From Roseibacillus sp. (lineage in GTDB: Bacteria > Verrucomicrobiota > Verrucomicrobiia > Verrucomicrobiales > Akkermansiaceae): DNA of 64,000 nucleotides. Position 1 is the first letter of the stretch; every line of letters begins with the position of its first letter. Positions 28,139-38,207 of the stretch are shown here, one piece after another. Both the position numbers and the translations under genes were made by a program. Location of the stretch: positions 65,148 through 129,147 of the forward strand of contig CBDEUM010000037.1 of the NCBI GenBank assembly GCA_965242925.1, read 5' to 3'. Below the pieces are notes generated by a model that was given only the letters and a program-made list of their open reading frames with translations, did not search any database and had not been told where the DNA came from.

Positions 28139-30176
28139 ATGAATCCGTTGCACCTGGTTTTCCTGTTGCTTGTGGTAGCCCTTGCGGGCTGCGACAGCAG
28201 GAAGGATTTTTTAGACTATGATAATGATAAGGATGTAACTGGATTCAGGGAGATTCAGAACGAGAAGGTCCTGGGGAAGCTTGAGGAGAAGAAGGAGGAG
28301 TTGACCAAGCAGCTGGCAGAGCCCGGGGAGGAGGACCGGGACAAGCTGGAAGAAGATCTCGCCAATACCAACCGTCGTCTCGGTTACCCGGAATTCTTTA
28401 CATATGACGCCACCATGGAGGATCTGCCGGAGGATCTCACCTGGGAGGAGGGGCTCGACCAGCCTGAGCTGGGATCCTCCCGCGCGAAGAAGGGGGGAAC
28501 CTTCAACACCTATTTCTCAGGCCTTTCCTTTCCTCCCACCATTCGCCCCATCGGCAGGAATGCGAATAACAGTTTTCGTTCCGAACACTGGGATAATGTC
28601 GAGATGGCCCTGGTTTCCCTGCATCCCAACACGATGGAAACGATCCCGGGCTTGGCCGATCGCTGGGCGGTGGGGACAGATGGAAGAACGGTCTACTTCC
28701 GGATCAACAAGGAAGGCGAAATGGTCAGATGGTAACCCAGTCACAGTGGACGACTTTTTCATGACCTTCCACGTGTGTCTCTCGGAGTATATCACCGGTC
28801 CCTGGTACCGGGATTATTATGGGACGATGTTCGAGAACATCACCCGCTATGATGATCGGCATCTCTCGGTGCGACTGGCCAACAAGAAGCCCAAGCCGGA
28901 GTATTACGCCTCCCTGACCCCGTATTCCCGGGTATTCTATAGTGAGTTTGGCATAGATTTCGAGGAGCGCTACAACTGGAGAGTGCGCCCAACCACGGGA
29001 GCATACCAGATCCTCAAGGAAGACGTGGTGAAGGGGCGGAGCATCACCCTCTCCCGGGTGAGGAACTGGTGGGCGGGAGACCAGAAGTATTATCGCTACC
29101 GCTTTAATGTAGACCGGATTAAATACAAAGTGGTTCGAACCGATGATAAGGTCTTTGAGCTCTTCAAGAAGGGAGAGATCGACATGTTTCACCTGGGTCT
29201 TCCCAAGAGGTGGTATGAGCAGATGGAAATCCCGGAGGTGTTCAACGGCTATCTTGAGAAGAAGACCTTCTACAACGTCTACCCGCGGGTGCCCCGGGGC
29301 CTTTATATCAATCACTCCCGGCCCTTTCTGGGAGATGTGAATGTGCGGATGGGCCTGCAGCATGCTACCAACTGGCAGAAAGTGATCGATATCGACCTGC
29401 GGGGAGACGCGGGCCGATTGAATATCTACAACGAGGGTTACGGTCAGTTCAGCAACCCGGAGATCACGGCCCGGAAATATTCCCCGGAGAAAGCCCGGGA
29501 GGCCTTTGCCAAGGCGGGCTTCACGAAGCAGGGAAACGATGGAGTGCTCCAGAACGAGAAAGGAGAAAAGCTCAGTTTCTCCATCACCCACACCGCCAGC
29601 CCGGTGGTGGGCAAGATGTTACAGCGGCTCAAGGAAGAGGCTCTCAAGGCCGGGCTGGAGTATCGGCTCGATGGCATAGAAGGCACGGCGAGCTACCAGA
29701 AGGTAATGGAGAAAAAGCATGACCTGACCTTCTGGGGGTGGGGGACCCAGCCGCCCTTTCCACGGTATTTCGAGGGAATTCACTCCTCCAATGCCTACGA
29801 TCCTGGGACCACGACCCCGCGGATGCAGACCAACAATATTTCGGTTTATGCCAATCCAGAGGCCGATCCGCTGGCGCAGGGAATCCGGTTTGCGACCTCG
29901 GAGAAGGAGATTCGGGAGATGTCGTGGGAACTGGAGCAGATCCTGCATGACACAGCGTTCTGGATTCCGGGCTACAAGAGGGAGAGCTACCGGCTTGGGC
30001 ATTGGCGGTGGATGCAGTGGCCGGACGACTTCAATGTGAAAATGACCCGGGAGGCCCAGGAGAGCTACGTCTACTGGATTGATGTGGAGGAGCAGGAGAA
30101 GACCCTGCGGGCCAGGAGCCGGGATGAGGCCTATCCCGAGGTGGATGAAGTGTATGACCAATACCGGGTAAAGTAA
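28139..30176 (+). pseudogene. Peptide ABC substrate-binding lipoprotein (YejA-like) with one +1 frameshift near 28710-28716
   Basis: Lipobox LAGC, AKKGGTF, PGLADRW, TVYFRIN in one frame; AKWSDGNPVTVDD onward in the next; removing one base restores a family 5 binding protein. Confidence 0.85.
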
Positions 30177-31231
30177 TGACGGAGGAGGATCCAGCGAAGG
30201 CAGCCGATCGCGAGATCGACGAGAAGCACGACCCGAAGTCGCAGGAGCTCCTCCGGGTGCGAGGGCTGGAGAGTGCCTTCGATACCGAGCGGGGTCTGTT
30301 GAAGGCGGTGGACGGGGTCTCCTTTTCAGTGGATCGTGGGCAGACTCTCGGGATCGTGGGAGAATCCGGGTGCGGGAAGAGCGTCACTGCGATGTCGTTG
30401 ATCAGCCTGCTGCCGCGGCCGGCGGGGAAGGTGCTGGCGGGAGAGGTAATCTTCAAGGGAGAGGACTTGCAGAAGGTCTCCGAGAAGCGGTTGCATGAAG
30501 TGCGGGGCGGGGAGATTGGGACGATTTTCCAGGAACCCATGACGGCCCTGAACCCGGTGCACCGGATTGGGCGCCAGGTCAGCGAGGTGTTCAGGCTGCA
30601 CAAGAAGATGGACAAGAAGGAGGCCTGGGAGGCGGCGATTGAAGCCCTGCGTATGACCCGGATTCCCTCTCCGGAGGTCCGGGTGGGGGACTATCCCCAC
30701 CAGTTGTCGGGAGGCATGCGACAGCGGGTGGTGATTGCGATGGCGCTGGCCTGTCAGCCTGATCTACTCATTGCTGATGAGCCCACCACGGCGCTGGATG
30801 TCACGGTGCAGGCCCAGATTCTTGACCTGATCCAGGGCCTGCAGGCAGAGATGGGGATGGCCGCGATCCTGATCACCCACGACCTCGGAGTGATAGCCGA
30901 GAACTGTGATGAGGTGGTAGTGATGTATGCGGGCCGGCTGGTGGAGCGCGCTCCGGTGAAAGAGCTCTTTGCCAACCCCTTGCATGCCTACACCCGGGGA
31001 TTGCTGAACTCCATTCCCCGGCTCTCGCTGCCACCGAAGTCAGAACTCAACACGATCCCCGGGATGGTGGCGGCTCTCTCCGAGATGGCGAGTGGCTGCC
31101 GTTTCTGCCAGCGCATGGAACGGGAAAGCAGCCTCGGGGATGAGCGACCGGAGTTCCGGGAAGCCTCACCGGGACACTGGGTGGAAGTGTGTCCGGAGTG
31201 TTACGGGGGGGAGGCCCACAAGGCAGTATGA
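30176..31231 (+). CDS. oppD: Peptide ABC transporter ATP-binding protein (OppD family)
   Basis: [46 protein letters not shown]. Confidence 0.93.
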   Translation: MTEEDPAKAADREIDEKHDPKSQELLRVRGLESAFDTERGLLKAVDGVSFSVDRGQTLGIVGESGCGKSVTAMSLISLLPRPAGKVLAGEVIFKGEDLQKVSEKRLHEVRGGEIGTIFQEPMTALNPVHRIGRQVSEVFRLHKKMDKKEAWEAAIEALRMTRIPSPEVRVGDYPHQLSGGMRQRVVIAMALACQPDLLIADEPTTALDVTVQAQILDLIQGLQAEMGMAAILITHDLGVIAENCDEVVVMYAGRLVERAPVKELFANPLHAYTRGLLNSIPRLSLPPKSELNTIPGMVAALSEMASGCRFCQRMERESSLGDERPEFREASPGHWVEVCPECYGGEAHKAV

Positions 31232-32244
31232 GTGAAGTTCCAGAAAGAGGATCATTGCTTTCGGTTGAGGACGTGAAGGTTCACTTCCCGGTTCGAAGTG
31301 GATTGATGCTACGCCAGACCGGGAAGGTGAAGGCGGTGGATGGGGTTTCCCTTGAGATCGGGGAAGGCAAGACGGTGGGACTGGTGGGGGAATCGGGATG
31401 TGGGAAATCGACCCTGGCCAAGGCGGTGGTGCGCCTGCTCAAGCCCGATGAGGGGACCGTGACATTCGGTGGCACTGAGATTACGGGCCTTTCTCCGCGT
31501 GTCCTCCGTCCCTTCCGGAGGGAGATGCAGATGATTTTCCAGGATCCGGTGGAGTCCTTGAATCCCAGGCAGAGTGTGAGGCAGATCATTGAGGAACCAC
31601 TGGTGATTCACCGCGAGGGGGACGCAGGGGAGCGCCGTCGGCGGGTGGATGAACTCCTGGAGCGGGTGGGGCTTCCAGCGAATTCCGGTGAAAAGTTTTC
31701 CTTCGAGTTCTCCGGAGGACAACGGCAACGGATAGGAATTGCTCGGGCCATCGCCCTGAACCCGAAGTTGATCGTGTGCGATGAGCCGGTGTCGGCCCTC
31801 GATGTTTCGGTGCAGAGCCAGATCATCAACCTGCTGCTCGAGCTGCAGAGGGAGATGGGCATTTCCTATCTCTTCATTGCCCACGACCTGGCGGTGGTGC
31901 AGCACGTGAGCGACCGGGTGGCGGTAATGTACCTGGGCAAGATTGTGGAACTGGCGACTGCCGAGGCCATCTACCAGCGTCCCTGCCACGCGTATACCAA
32001 GGCGCTCCTGTCAGCCATTCCGGAGGCTGATCCTGCTGCTGAGCGGGAGAGGATCCTGCTGGAGGGGGACGTGCCCTCGCCGATCAACCCCCCGGAGGGG
32101 AGCGCCTTTGGAGACCGGATCAGTCATCCCCGCTACGAGGAGACGATCGGGATGGATCTTGGTCTGGTGGAGATAGAGCCGGGGCACTGGGTCGCCCGGG
32201 ATCCCTGCTGCCTGAGTGAAGAGGACTGGAAAAAGGTGCAGTGA
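31228..32244 (+). CDS. oppF: Peptide ABC transporter ATP-binding protein (OppF family)
   Basis: [44 protein letters not shown]; start at ATGA overlap with oppD stop. Confidence 0.93.
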   Translation: MSEVPERGSLLSVEDVKVHFPVRSGLMLRQTGKVKAVDGVSLEIGEGKTVGLVGESGCGKSTLAKAVVRLLKPDEGTVTFGGTEITGLSPRVLRPFRREMQMIFQDPVESLNPRQSVRQIIEEPLVIHREGDAGERRRRVDELLERVGLPANSGEKFSFEFSGGQRQRIGIARAIALNPKLIVCDEPVSALDVSVQSQIINLLLELQREMGISYLFIAHDLAVVQHVSDRVAVMYLGKIVELATAEAIYQRPCHAYTKALLSAIPEADPAAERERILLEGDVPSPINPPEGSAFGDRISHPRYEETIGMDLGLVEIEPGHWVARDPCCLSEEDWKKVQ

Positions 32245-32336
32245 GATGAGGCTTCAGGCCGGTTATTCACAGTTGTTGGTCGCGACTGGCATCCGTTGCT
32301 CTTGCGACCAGGGTCCGATCTTTCTTCACTTCCTTC

Positions 32337-33590
32337 ATGCGCATCGTGGTGGTCGGGAAAGGGGGACGGGAGCACGCTCTCATTCGTTCGCTGAGCGAGT
32401 CGCCGGGTGAGACGGAACTCTTCTGTTTCCCGGGAAGTGATGCCATTTCCGAACTGGCGCAGACGGTGGATGTGGAGGACATGGAGGGGCTCATCGAATG
32501 GATGAAGGCCAATGCGATCGACCTCTGCATGGCAGGGGAGGAAAGTTATCTCCTGAAGGATGAGGGGTTGGCCAATCTTTGTGCACGGAACGGCATTCCC
32601 TGCTGGGGTCCTCCGAAGCAGGCGGCCCTCCTTGAGGGCAGCAAGGAGTTTGCCAAGCAGTTCATGGAGCGTCATGCCATTCCCACGGGGAAGGCGACGG
32701 TCGTGGAAAGCGCGGAAGAGGCCCGGGAGGTGATCGGAGGAAGCTATCCAACCGTACTCAAGTTTGATGGGTTGGCGGCGGGCAAGGGGGTGGCGGTCTG
32801 TCCGGACGAGGAGAGCACCGACGCCTTCCTGGACGAGGTGTTCGGGAAGAAACGCTTTGGGGAGGGGAGCCTCCTGGTGGAGGAGTGCCTCGAGGGGCCG
32901 GAGGTGTCCATTTTTGCGGCGGTGAGCGGAAGGCAGGCCCTGGTCTTTACTCCCGCCCGTGACTACAAGCTGATCGGGGAAGGAGACACCGGAGCCAATA
33001 CCGGGGGGATGGGTGCGGTGGCGAGTCGGCAGTTGCTCGAACCGGATCTCATGGCGCGAATTGAAAAGGAAATTGTCAACCCGACCATCGAGGGGCTCGC
33101 CAACGACGAATTGGGCTATGTGGGCTTCCTCTACTTCGGGCTCATGCTGACCGCGGATGGCCCCAAGGTGATCGAATACAACTGCCGCTTCGGGGATCCC
33201 GAGTGCCAGGCCGTCATGCCCCTGGTTTCCGGGGATCTGGCCACTTTCTGCCTGGAGGGAGCCAAGGGCAGCCTCAGGACCGAATTGCTGGGGTTTGACG
33301 AGGGCTGGAGCGTGGGGGTGATCCTGGCATCGGCCGGGTATCCGGCCAGTTCCCGCAGTGGGGATGTTATCGGGGGGTTGGAATCGGTCGAAGGGGCGCG
33401 GGTCTACCACGCCGGGACGCGCCGCAACGAGGCGGGAGAATGGGAAACCAATGGGGGACGGGTTCTTGCGGTGGTGGCCCTCGGAGCGGACCGCGGGAGC
33501 GCGGTGGACAAAGCTCACCACGAGGCCGCCAAGGTGAATTTCGAGGGATCACAACGCCGCAGCGACATTGGACGACTCCACTTCGAGTGA
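32337..33590 (+). CDS. purD: Phosphoribosylamine--glycine ligase
   Basis: GKGGREHA, LEGSKEFAK, DGLAAGKGV, GANTGGMG, EYNCRFGDPE, TNGGRVL. Confidence 0.95.
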   Translation: MRIVVVGKGGREHALIRSLSESPGETELFCFPGSDAISELAQTVDVEDMEGLIEWMKANAIDLCMAGEESYLLKDEGLANLCARNGIPCWGPPKQAALLEGSKEFAKQFMERHAIPTGKATVVESAEEAREVIGGSYPTVLKFDGLAAGKGVAVCPDEESTDAFLDEVFGKKRFGEGSLLVEECLEGPEVSIFAAVSGRQALVFTPARDYKLIGEGDTGANTGGMGAVASRQLLEPDLMARIEKEIVNPTIEGLANDELGYVGFLYFGLMLTADGPKVIEYNCRFGDPECQAVMPLVSGDLATFCLEGAKGSLRTELLGFDEGWSVGVILASAGYPASSRSGDVIGGLESVEGARVYHAGTRRNEAGEWETNGGRVLAVVALGADRGSAVDKAHHEAAKVNFEGSQRRSDIGRLHFE

Positions 33591-33684
33591 GCGGGAAAGG
33601 TTCTTCACGCACTCACACGCATTTTTAATCGCCGGCCTTGTCTGCCAGTTCGAACTCAACTAACACCCACCATACTGACGTCAC

Positions 33685-34095
33685 ATGAAAGTCATCCTGA
33701 TCTACGGAAGCGAAAACGATAAACCCTTCATGCAGCCAGCCCGCGATTACCTCGAGGGCGAGAACCTGGACTACGTGGAGGAGGTTCTTTCCGCCCATCG
33801 CAACCTGTCTGAACTGATCGAGTATCTCGCCAAGCTGGAGGAGAGCGGAGAGAAGGCAGTCATCCTTGCCATTGCCGGCCTGGCGGCGGCCCTGCCCGGG
33901 GTGGTGGTGATGAAGACGTCGCTGCCAGTCATCGGGGTCCCGGTGCCGGGAGGGCCGCTCAACGGAATTGATGCGCTCCTCTCCATTTCCCAGTTGCCGG
34001 GTGAGGTGCCTGCCACCACGGTGGGACTGCACAAGAAGGCTCCCCTCAATGCGGCCATGGCGGCCCATCGCATTTTGAAACTGGCGGGAGCCTGA
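33685..34095 (+). CDS. purE: PurE family AIR carboxylase / N5-CAIR mutase (short)
   Basis: GS..D, SAHR, AG.AAALPG, LPVIGVP, DALLSI.QLPG.VP. Confidence 0.88.
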   Translation: MKVILIYGSENDKPFMQPARDYLEGENLDYVEEVLSAHRNLSELIEYLAKLEESGEKAVILAIAGLAAALPGVVVMKTSLPVIGVPVPGGPLNGIDALLSISQLPGEVPATTVGLHKKAPLNAAMAAHRILKLAGA

Positions 34096-34132
34096 GAATA
34101 TTCGTAAAGACACGGGAGGTGCAAAGCTGATC

Positions 34133-34657
34133 ATGGCGGTGGTTCTGGATGAAAATGCGATGGGGGAGGCGGTAGCCACCCTGGTGGAGCAGATCCGTGC
34201 CACCGCGCAGCGTAGCCGGGTGGCCATCGTGGGGATCCGGAGCCGCGGTGACGAGGTGGCCGAGCGGGTCTGTGCTGCCCTGGAGGAGGCGAAGATCGAG
34301 CACGATTACGGGATGCTGGACATCTCCCTTTATCGGGACGATCTCTCTCACCTTGCGGAAAACCCCAAGCTACAGAGCAGCGAAATCACCTTCCAGATGG
34401 ACGGCGCGGAGATCGTGCTGGTGGACGACGTGCTCTTTACGGGGCGCACCATCCGAGCCGCCCTCGATGCCGTCACCGATTATGGTCGTCCCGCGCGTAT
34501 CCAGCTGGCCGTCCTGATTGACCGGGGTCACCGTGAGATTCCGATTCAGCCTGATTATACAGGAGTGAAGCTCGAAACCGCACGGATGGATCACGTAATC
34601 GTCCGGTTGAAAAAAACTGATGGCGAAGATGCCGTGGAACTGGTAACGACTCCCTAG
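34133..34657 (+). CDS. pyrR: Bifunctional pyr operon regulator / uracil phosphoribosyltransferase PyrR
   Basis: GIRSRG, LDISLYRDD, LVDDVLFTGRTIRAALD, DRGHRE.PIQPDY. Confidence 0.94.
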   Translation: MAVVLDENAMGEAVATLVEQIRATAQRSRVAIVGIRSRGDEVAERVCAALEEAKIEHDYGMLDISLYRDDLSHLAENPKLQSSEITFQMDGAEIVLVDDVLFTGRTIRAALDAVTDYGRPARIQLAVLIDRGHREIPIQPDYTGVKLETARMDHVIVRLKKTDGEDAVELVTTP

Positions 34658-34660
34658 CGG

Positions 34661-35602
34661 ATGGCGCGCAAGGACTTCCTGGACATCGCCTCGTTAAGTC
34701 GAGAGGAGGTCGACCTTTTGCTGGACCAGGCCACACCGTTCAAGGAGCTCTTCACACGGTCGGTGAAGAAAGTGCCGGCCCTGAAGGGCAAATCGGTGCT
34801 CATGTTGTTCTATGAGCCCAGCACCCGGACCCTTTCCTCCTTCGAGGTGGCGGCCAAGCGGCTTTCTGCAGATGTTATTGATCTCGATGTGCCGCATTCC
34901 TCGGTGACCAAGGGAGAAACGGTCAAGGATACAGTCGATACCCTGCAGGCCATGCGGGCGGACTATATTGTGGTGCGGCACAAGATGTCGGGCCTGCCAC
35001 GGGCCATTGCCCGCCAGACCAGGGCCTCGGTGATCAATGCCGGAGACGGAGCGCACGCGCACCCGACCCAGGCGCTCCTCGATGCCTTTACCCTGAAGGA
35101 AGCCTTCCCCGACCTGTCCGGCCGCAAGATTCTCATTGCGGGTGACATCCTCCACAGCCGGGTGGCGCGATCGACGAGCAGGCTCTTCCTGAAACTCGGG
35201 GTGGAGGTTGGATTCCTGGGCCCGGGATCACTGGTTCCGCGGACGGGTCCGGAGGGGATCACGCGGTTCACTGACTTCGACGAGGCCCTGCGCTGGGGTC
35301 CGGACGCAGTTTATCTCCTGCGGGTCCAGATGGAACGGCAGGAGGCCCAGTATTTTCCCAGTGTGCATGAGTATCACCGCGTCTACGGGGTGACGCAGGA
35401 GCGCTTCAAACGCATCAGGGGTGAGGGGATCTACATCATGCACCCGGGACCGGTGAACCGGGGAGTGGAGCTTTGTCACGAGGTGATGGATTACGAGCGT
35501 AGTCTCATCAATCAACAGGTGGAGAATGGTATCGCAGCGCGCATGGCGGTGCTCTACTGGCTCAAGCCTCAGACCGATTCGGAAGAAGTGAACCGCGAAT
35601 GA
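34661..35602 (+). CDS. pyrB: Aspartate carbamoyltransferase catalytic subunit
   Basis: FYEPSTRT, NAGDG.HAHPTQALLD, GDILHSRVARS, MHPGPVNRG. Confidence 0.96.
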   Translation: MARKDFLDIASLSREEVDLLLDQATPFKELFTRSVKKVPALKGKSVLMLFYEPSTRTLSSFEVAAKRLSADVIDLDVPHSSVTKGETVKDTVDTLQAMRADYIVVRHKMSGLPRAIARQTRASVINAGDGAHAHPTQALLDAFTLKEAFPDLSGRKILIAGDILHSRVARSTSRLFLKLGVEVGFLGPGSLVPRTGPEGITRFTDFDEALRWGPDAVYLLRVQMERQEAQYFPSVHEYHRVYGVTQERFKRIRGEGIYIMHPGPVNRGVELCHEVMDYERSLINQQVENGIAARMAVLYWLKPQTDSEEVNRE

Positions 35603-35618
35603 AGACCAGGAGAGGCGC

Positions 35619-36893
35619 ATGAGTTTGCTTATCAAGGGTGGAGAGATCGCACGGGAGGAAGGAGCCCCGGTGCGGGGGGATGTCCTGGTGGAGAATGGGG
35701 TCATCAAGGCGGTGGGCCAGAATCTGGAGGCGCCGGAAGGGGTGCGGGAGGTGGATGCCGACGGGAAGATCGTGGCCCCTGCCATGTTCGATGCCCATGT
35801 GCATTTCCGGGAGCCGGGACAGGAGCATAAGGAGGACATTGCACACGGCACGGAGGCCGCCATCAATGGCGGAGTGACCGGAGTGGTCATGATGCCGAAT
35901 ACGAGCCCGGTCATCGACTCGGCCGCGGTGGTAGGCGCCGTGCTGGACAAGGCCCGGCAAGTGAGCCGGATCCCGGTTTACACGTCCGGGTGTATTACCA
36001 AAGGGCGCACGGGAGAGGGACTGGCAGGTATCGACGGGATGCGTAATCTGGGAGTGGTGATGCTGACCGACGATGGTGACCCGGTGGCGAACCCGGCCGT
36101 GCTGAAGAATGCAATGGAGTATGCCACGTCTTTCGGGATGTTCTTCGCAAGTCACTGTGAAGTCCCGGAATTGAGTGGTCCCCGGGCTCTGAACGAAGGA
36201 AAGGTGAGCTACCAGCTGGGAATCAAGGGCAGCCCGGCCTGCAGCGAAGAGATCTGCATGGATCGTGACATCAGGTTGGCCCACGCTACCGGGGCCCACG
36301 TGCACATCCAGCACGTCTCTTCCGCGATCGGGATGAAGACGGTGCGATGGTGGAAGGAAAGGGGTGCCAAGGTCACGGCCGAGGTGGCCCCTCATCACCT
36401 GATTTTCAACGAGGAGGACATCGGGGAGTATGATACGCACTACAAGATGAACCCGCCGTTGCGCACGCTGGAGGACAATGCGGCCCTTCTGGAGGGGTTG
36501 AAGGAGGGCGTTTTCGATCTCATTGCCACTGATCACGCGCCACACGGTGAATTCGAAAAAGGGCAGGACTTTGTCTCGGCGCCCAATGGGATCACGGGGT
36601 TGGAGACGGCCCTGGTGTCGCTCCATGACCGTTTCATCGCGGCGGGGGAGTTTGGATGGGACCTGATCGTGAAACGCTACTCTGCCGAACCGCGGCGCTT
36701 GATGGGATTGGACCCGGTCGCTGTGGAGGAAGGGAAGTCGGCGGAGCTGGTTGTATTTGATCCGGCTGGAGAGACGACCTTCTCAAGGGACTTCATGAGG
36801 TCGAAAAGCGTGAACACGCCCTTCCTGAACCAGACCCTGAAAGGGCGGGTAGACCTGGTGGTGCGGGGGAGCGAAGTGCTGCTGGAGAGATAG
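35619..36893 (+). CDS. pyrC: Dihydroorotase (long, class I)
   Basis: DAHVHFREPG, MPNT, EVAPHHL, KMNPPLR, ATDHAPH. Confidence 0.94.
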   Translation: MSLLIKGGEIAREEGAPVRGDVLVENGVIKAVGQNLEAPEGVREVDADGKIVAPAMFDAHVHFREPGQEHKEDIAHGTEAAINGGVTGVVMMPNTSPVIDSAAVVGAVLDKARQVSRIPVYTSGCITKGRTGEGLAGIDGMRNLGVVMLTDDGDPVANPAVLKNAMEYATSFGMFFASHCEVPELSGPRALNEGKVSYQLGIKGSPACSEEICMDRDIRLAHATGAHVHIQHVSSAIGMKTVRWWKERGAKVTAEVAPHHLIFNEEDIGEYDTHYKMNPPLRTLEDNAALLEGLKEGVFDLIATDHAPHGEFEKGQDFVSAPNGITGLETALVSLHDRFIAAGEFGWDLIVKRYSAEPRRLMGLDPVAVEEGKSAELVVFDPAGETTFSRDFMRSKSVNTPFLNQTLKGRVDLVVRGSEVLLER

Positions 36894-36905
36894 GTCCGGG
36901 GAGTC

Positions 36906-37298
36906 CTATTGGCCCAGTCCGGCTGTTGAGGTGAAGAGTCTCAGCCCCGCCCAGACTGCGAATACTCCCAGGATGACGGAGAAAAGAATATTGAGGATGG
37001 CGACCAGCGGCAGTCCGTTCTGGATGGCAGCGACGGTGTCGCGACCAAAGGTTGAGAAGGTGGTGAACCCCCCCAGGAAGCCCGTGACCAGCAGGGGGAA
37101 GATCCAGGCGGGGTGTTTCTGAACGAAGTGCCCGAAGATGCACCCGATCAGAAAGCAACCGAGGAGGTTGCAGGCCAGGATGCCGAGTGGAAACTGGTGA
37201 AGGGAGGTCCTGGCAGAGAGTTTCTCGATGCCGGACGAGAGTCCCCACCGGGAGAGGGCGCCGAGTCCGCCGCCGAGAAAGATGAGAAGGGCATTCAT
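36906..37298 (-). CDS. crcB: Fluoride efflux channel Fluc/CrcB
   Basis: GGGLGALSRW, FPLG.L.CN..GCF..G, TGFLGGFTTFSTF; start moved to ATG at 37298. Confidence 0.93.
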   Translation of the reverse strand: MNALLIFLGGGLGALSRWGLSSGIEKLSARTSLHQFPLGILACNLLGCFLIGCIFGHFVQKHPAWIFPLLVTGFLGGFTTFSTFGRDTVAAIQNGLPLVAILNILFSVILGVFAVWAGLRLFTSTAGLGQ

Positions 37299-37347
37299 GG
37301 GGGGGAGATCAAGGGTCGGGAGTGACGGGATCTTTCCGGGTGACTGG

Positions 37348-38187
37348 TCAGGAGGTACGGATCCTGGGAAGGAGGCCATACTTTGGGGAAAGCAGGAAGG
37401 CCAGCAGGAAGAGGGTGCCAAGCACGATGACAATGGCCGGACCGGCGGGGATGTCCGTCCAGTAGGCGAGAAGGAGGGCAAAGACGGATCCCAGGGCTCC
37501 CACCAGTCCCCCACCCCAGAAGAGGAGGGAGGTGCGATTGGTGAGCAGCGAGAGGGTAGCGGCCGGAGCGACGAGGAGGCCGACGCTGAGGACGCAGCCG
37601 ACAGCCTGCAACGAGGTGACCAGGGCCAGGATGAGCATGCCGAAGAGGAGATAGTTCATGGCCCGGACAGGGACGCCCTGGGCGGCGGCTACATCGGGTT
37701 CGAAAAGGGTGAGAAGGAGGGGACGGAAGAAGATGTTGGACCCCAGGAGGATGATGGAGCCGATACCGAAGGCCAGCCAGAGGTCGCTGGAGCTCACGAG
37801 GCGGATGTCTCCGAAGAGCCAGTGCTCGAGATCACCGTAGTTGTGCAGGTACTTCAGTACGGCCACACCCAGCGCGAAGGCAGTGGTGTAGAGGATCGCA
37901 AGGGCGGTTCCCTGGGCCACCCGCGACGTTCGCGAGACAACCACAGAGCCGAGTCCGACAAAAAGGGCGGCGGTGAGGGCCCCGATGAAGGCATTGACCT
38001 GGGTGAGGGTGCCTGTGATCAGAATGCCGAGTGCAATGCCCGGCAGCATGGTGTGGGAGAGTGCACTCACCGAGAGGGCGGTGCGACGCACCACCACGAA
38101 GCCGCTGAAGAAGCCATTGGTAAAACCGATCAGGAGACCGGCGAGCAGTGCACGCTGGAAGAAGGGGTCGTGGAAGGGATCGAGCAC
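37348..38187 (-). CDS. Zn/Mn/Fe ABC transporter permease (ABC-3 family)
   Basis: FFQRALLAG, ALSHTMLPG, LFGDI, SLQAVG.VL...L.VAPAA. Confidence 0.9.
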   Translation of the reverse strand: MLDPFHDPFFQRALLAGLLIGFTNGFFSGFVVVRRTALSVSALSHTMLPGIALGILITGTLTQVNAFIGALTAALFVGLGSVVVSRTSRVAQGTALAILYTTAFALGVAVLKYLHNYGDLEHWLFGDIRLVSSSDLWLAFGIGSIILLGSNIFFRPLLLTLFEPDVAAAQGVPVRAMNYLLFGMLILALVTSLQAVGCVLSVGLLVAPAATLSLLTNRTSLLFWGGGLVGALGSVFALLLAYWTDIPAGPAIVIVLGTLFLLAFLLSPKYGLLPRIRTS

Positions 38188-38207
38188 TGGGAGAGAGTTG
38201 CTGGGTT

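Noticed and set aside
33585..33684. PyrR attenuator or purine riboswitch between purD and purE
   Set aside because: Only an imperfect hairpin is present; no PyrR binding-loop consensus or riboswitch core is recognisable
37299..37347. Fluoride riboswitch upstream of crcB
   Set aside because: The gap is only 49 nt and lacks the conserved GGCGATGG...GCC core
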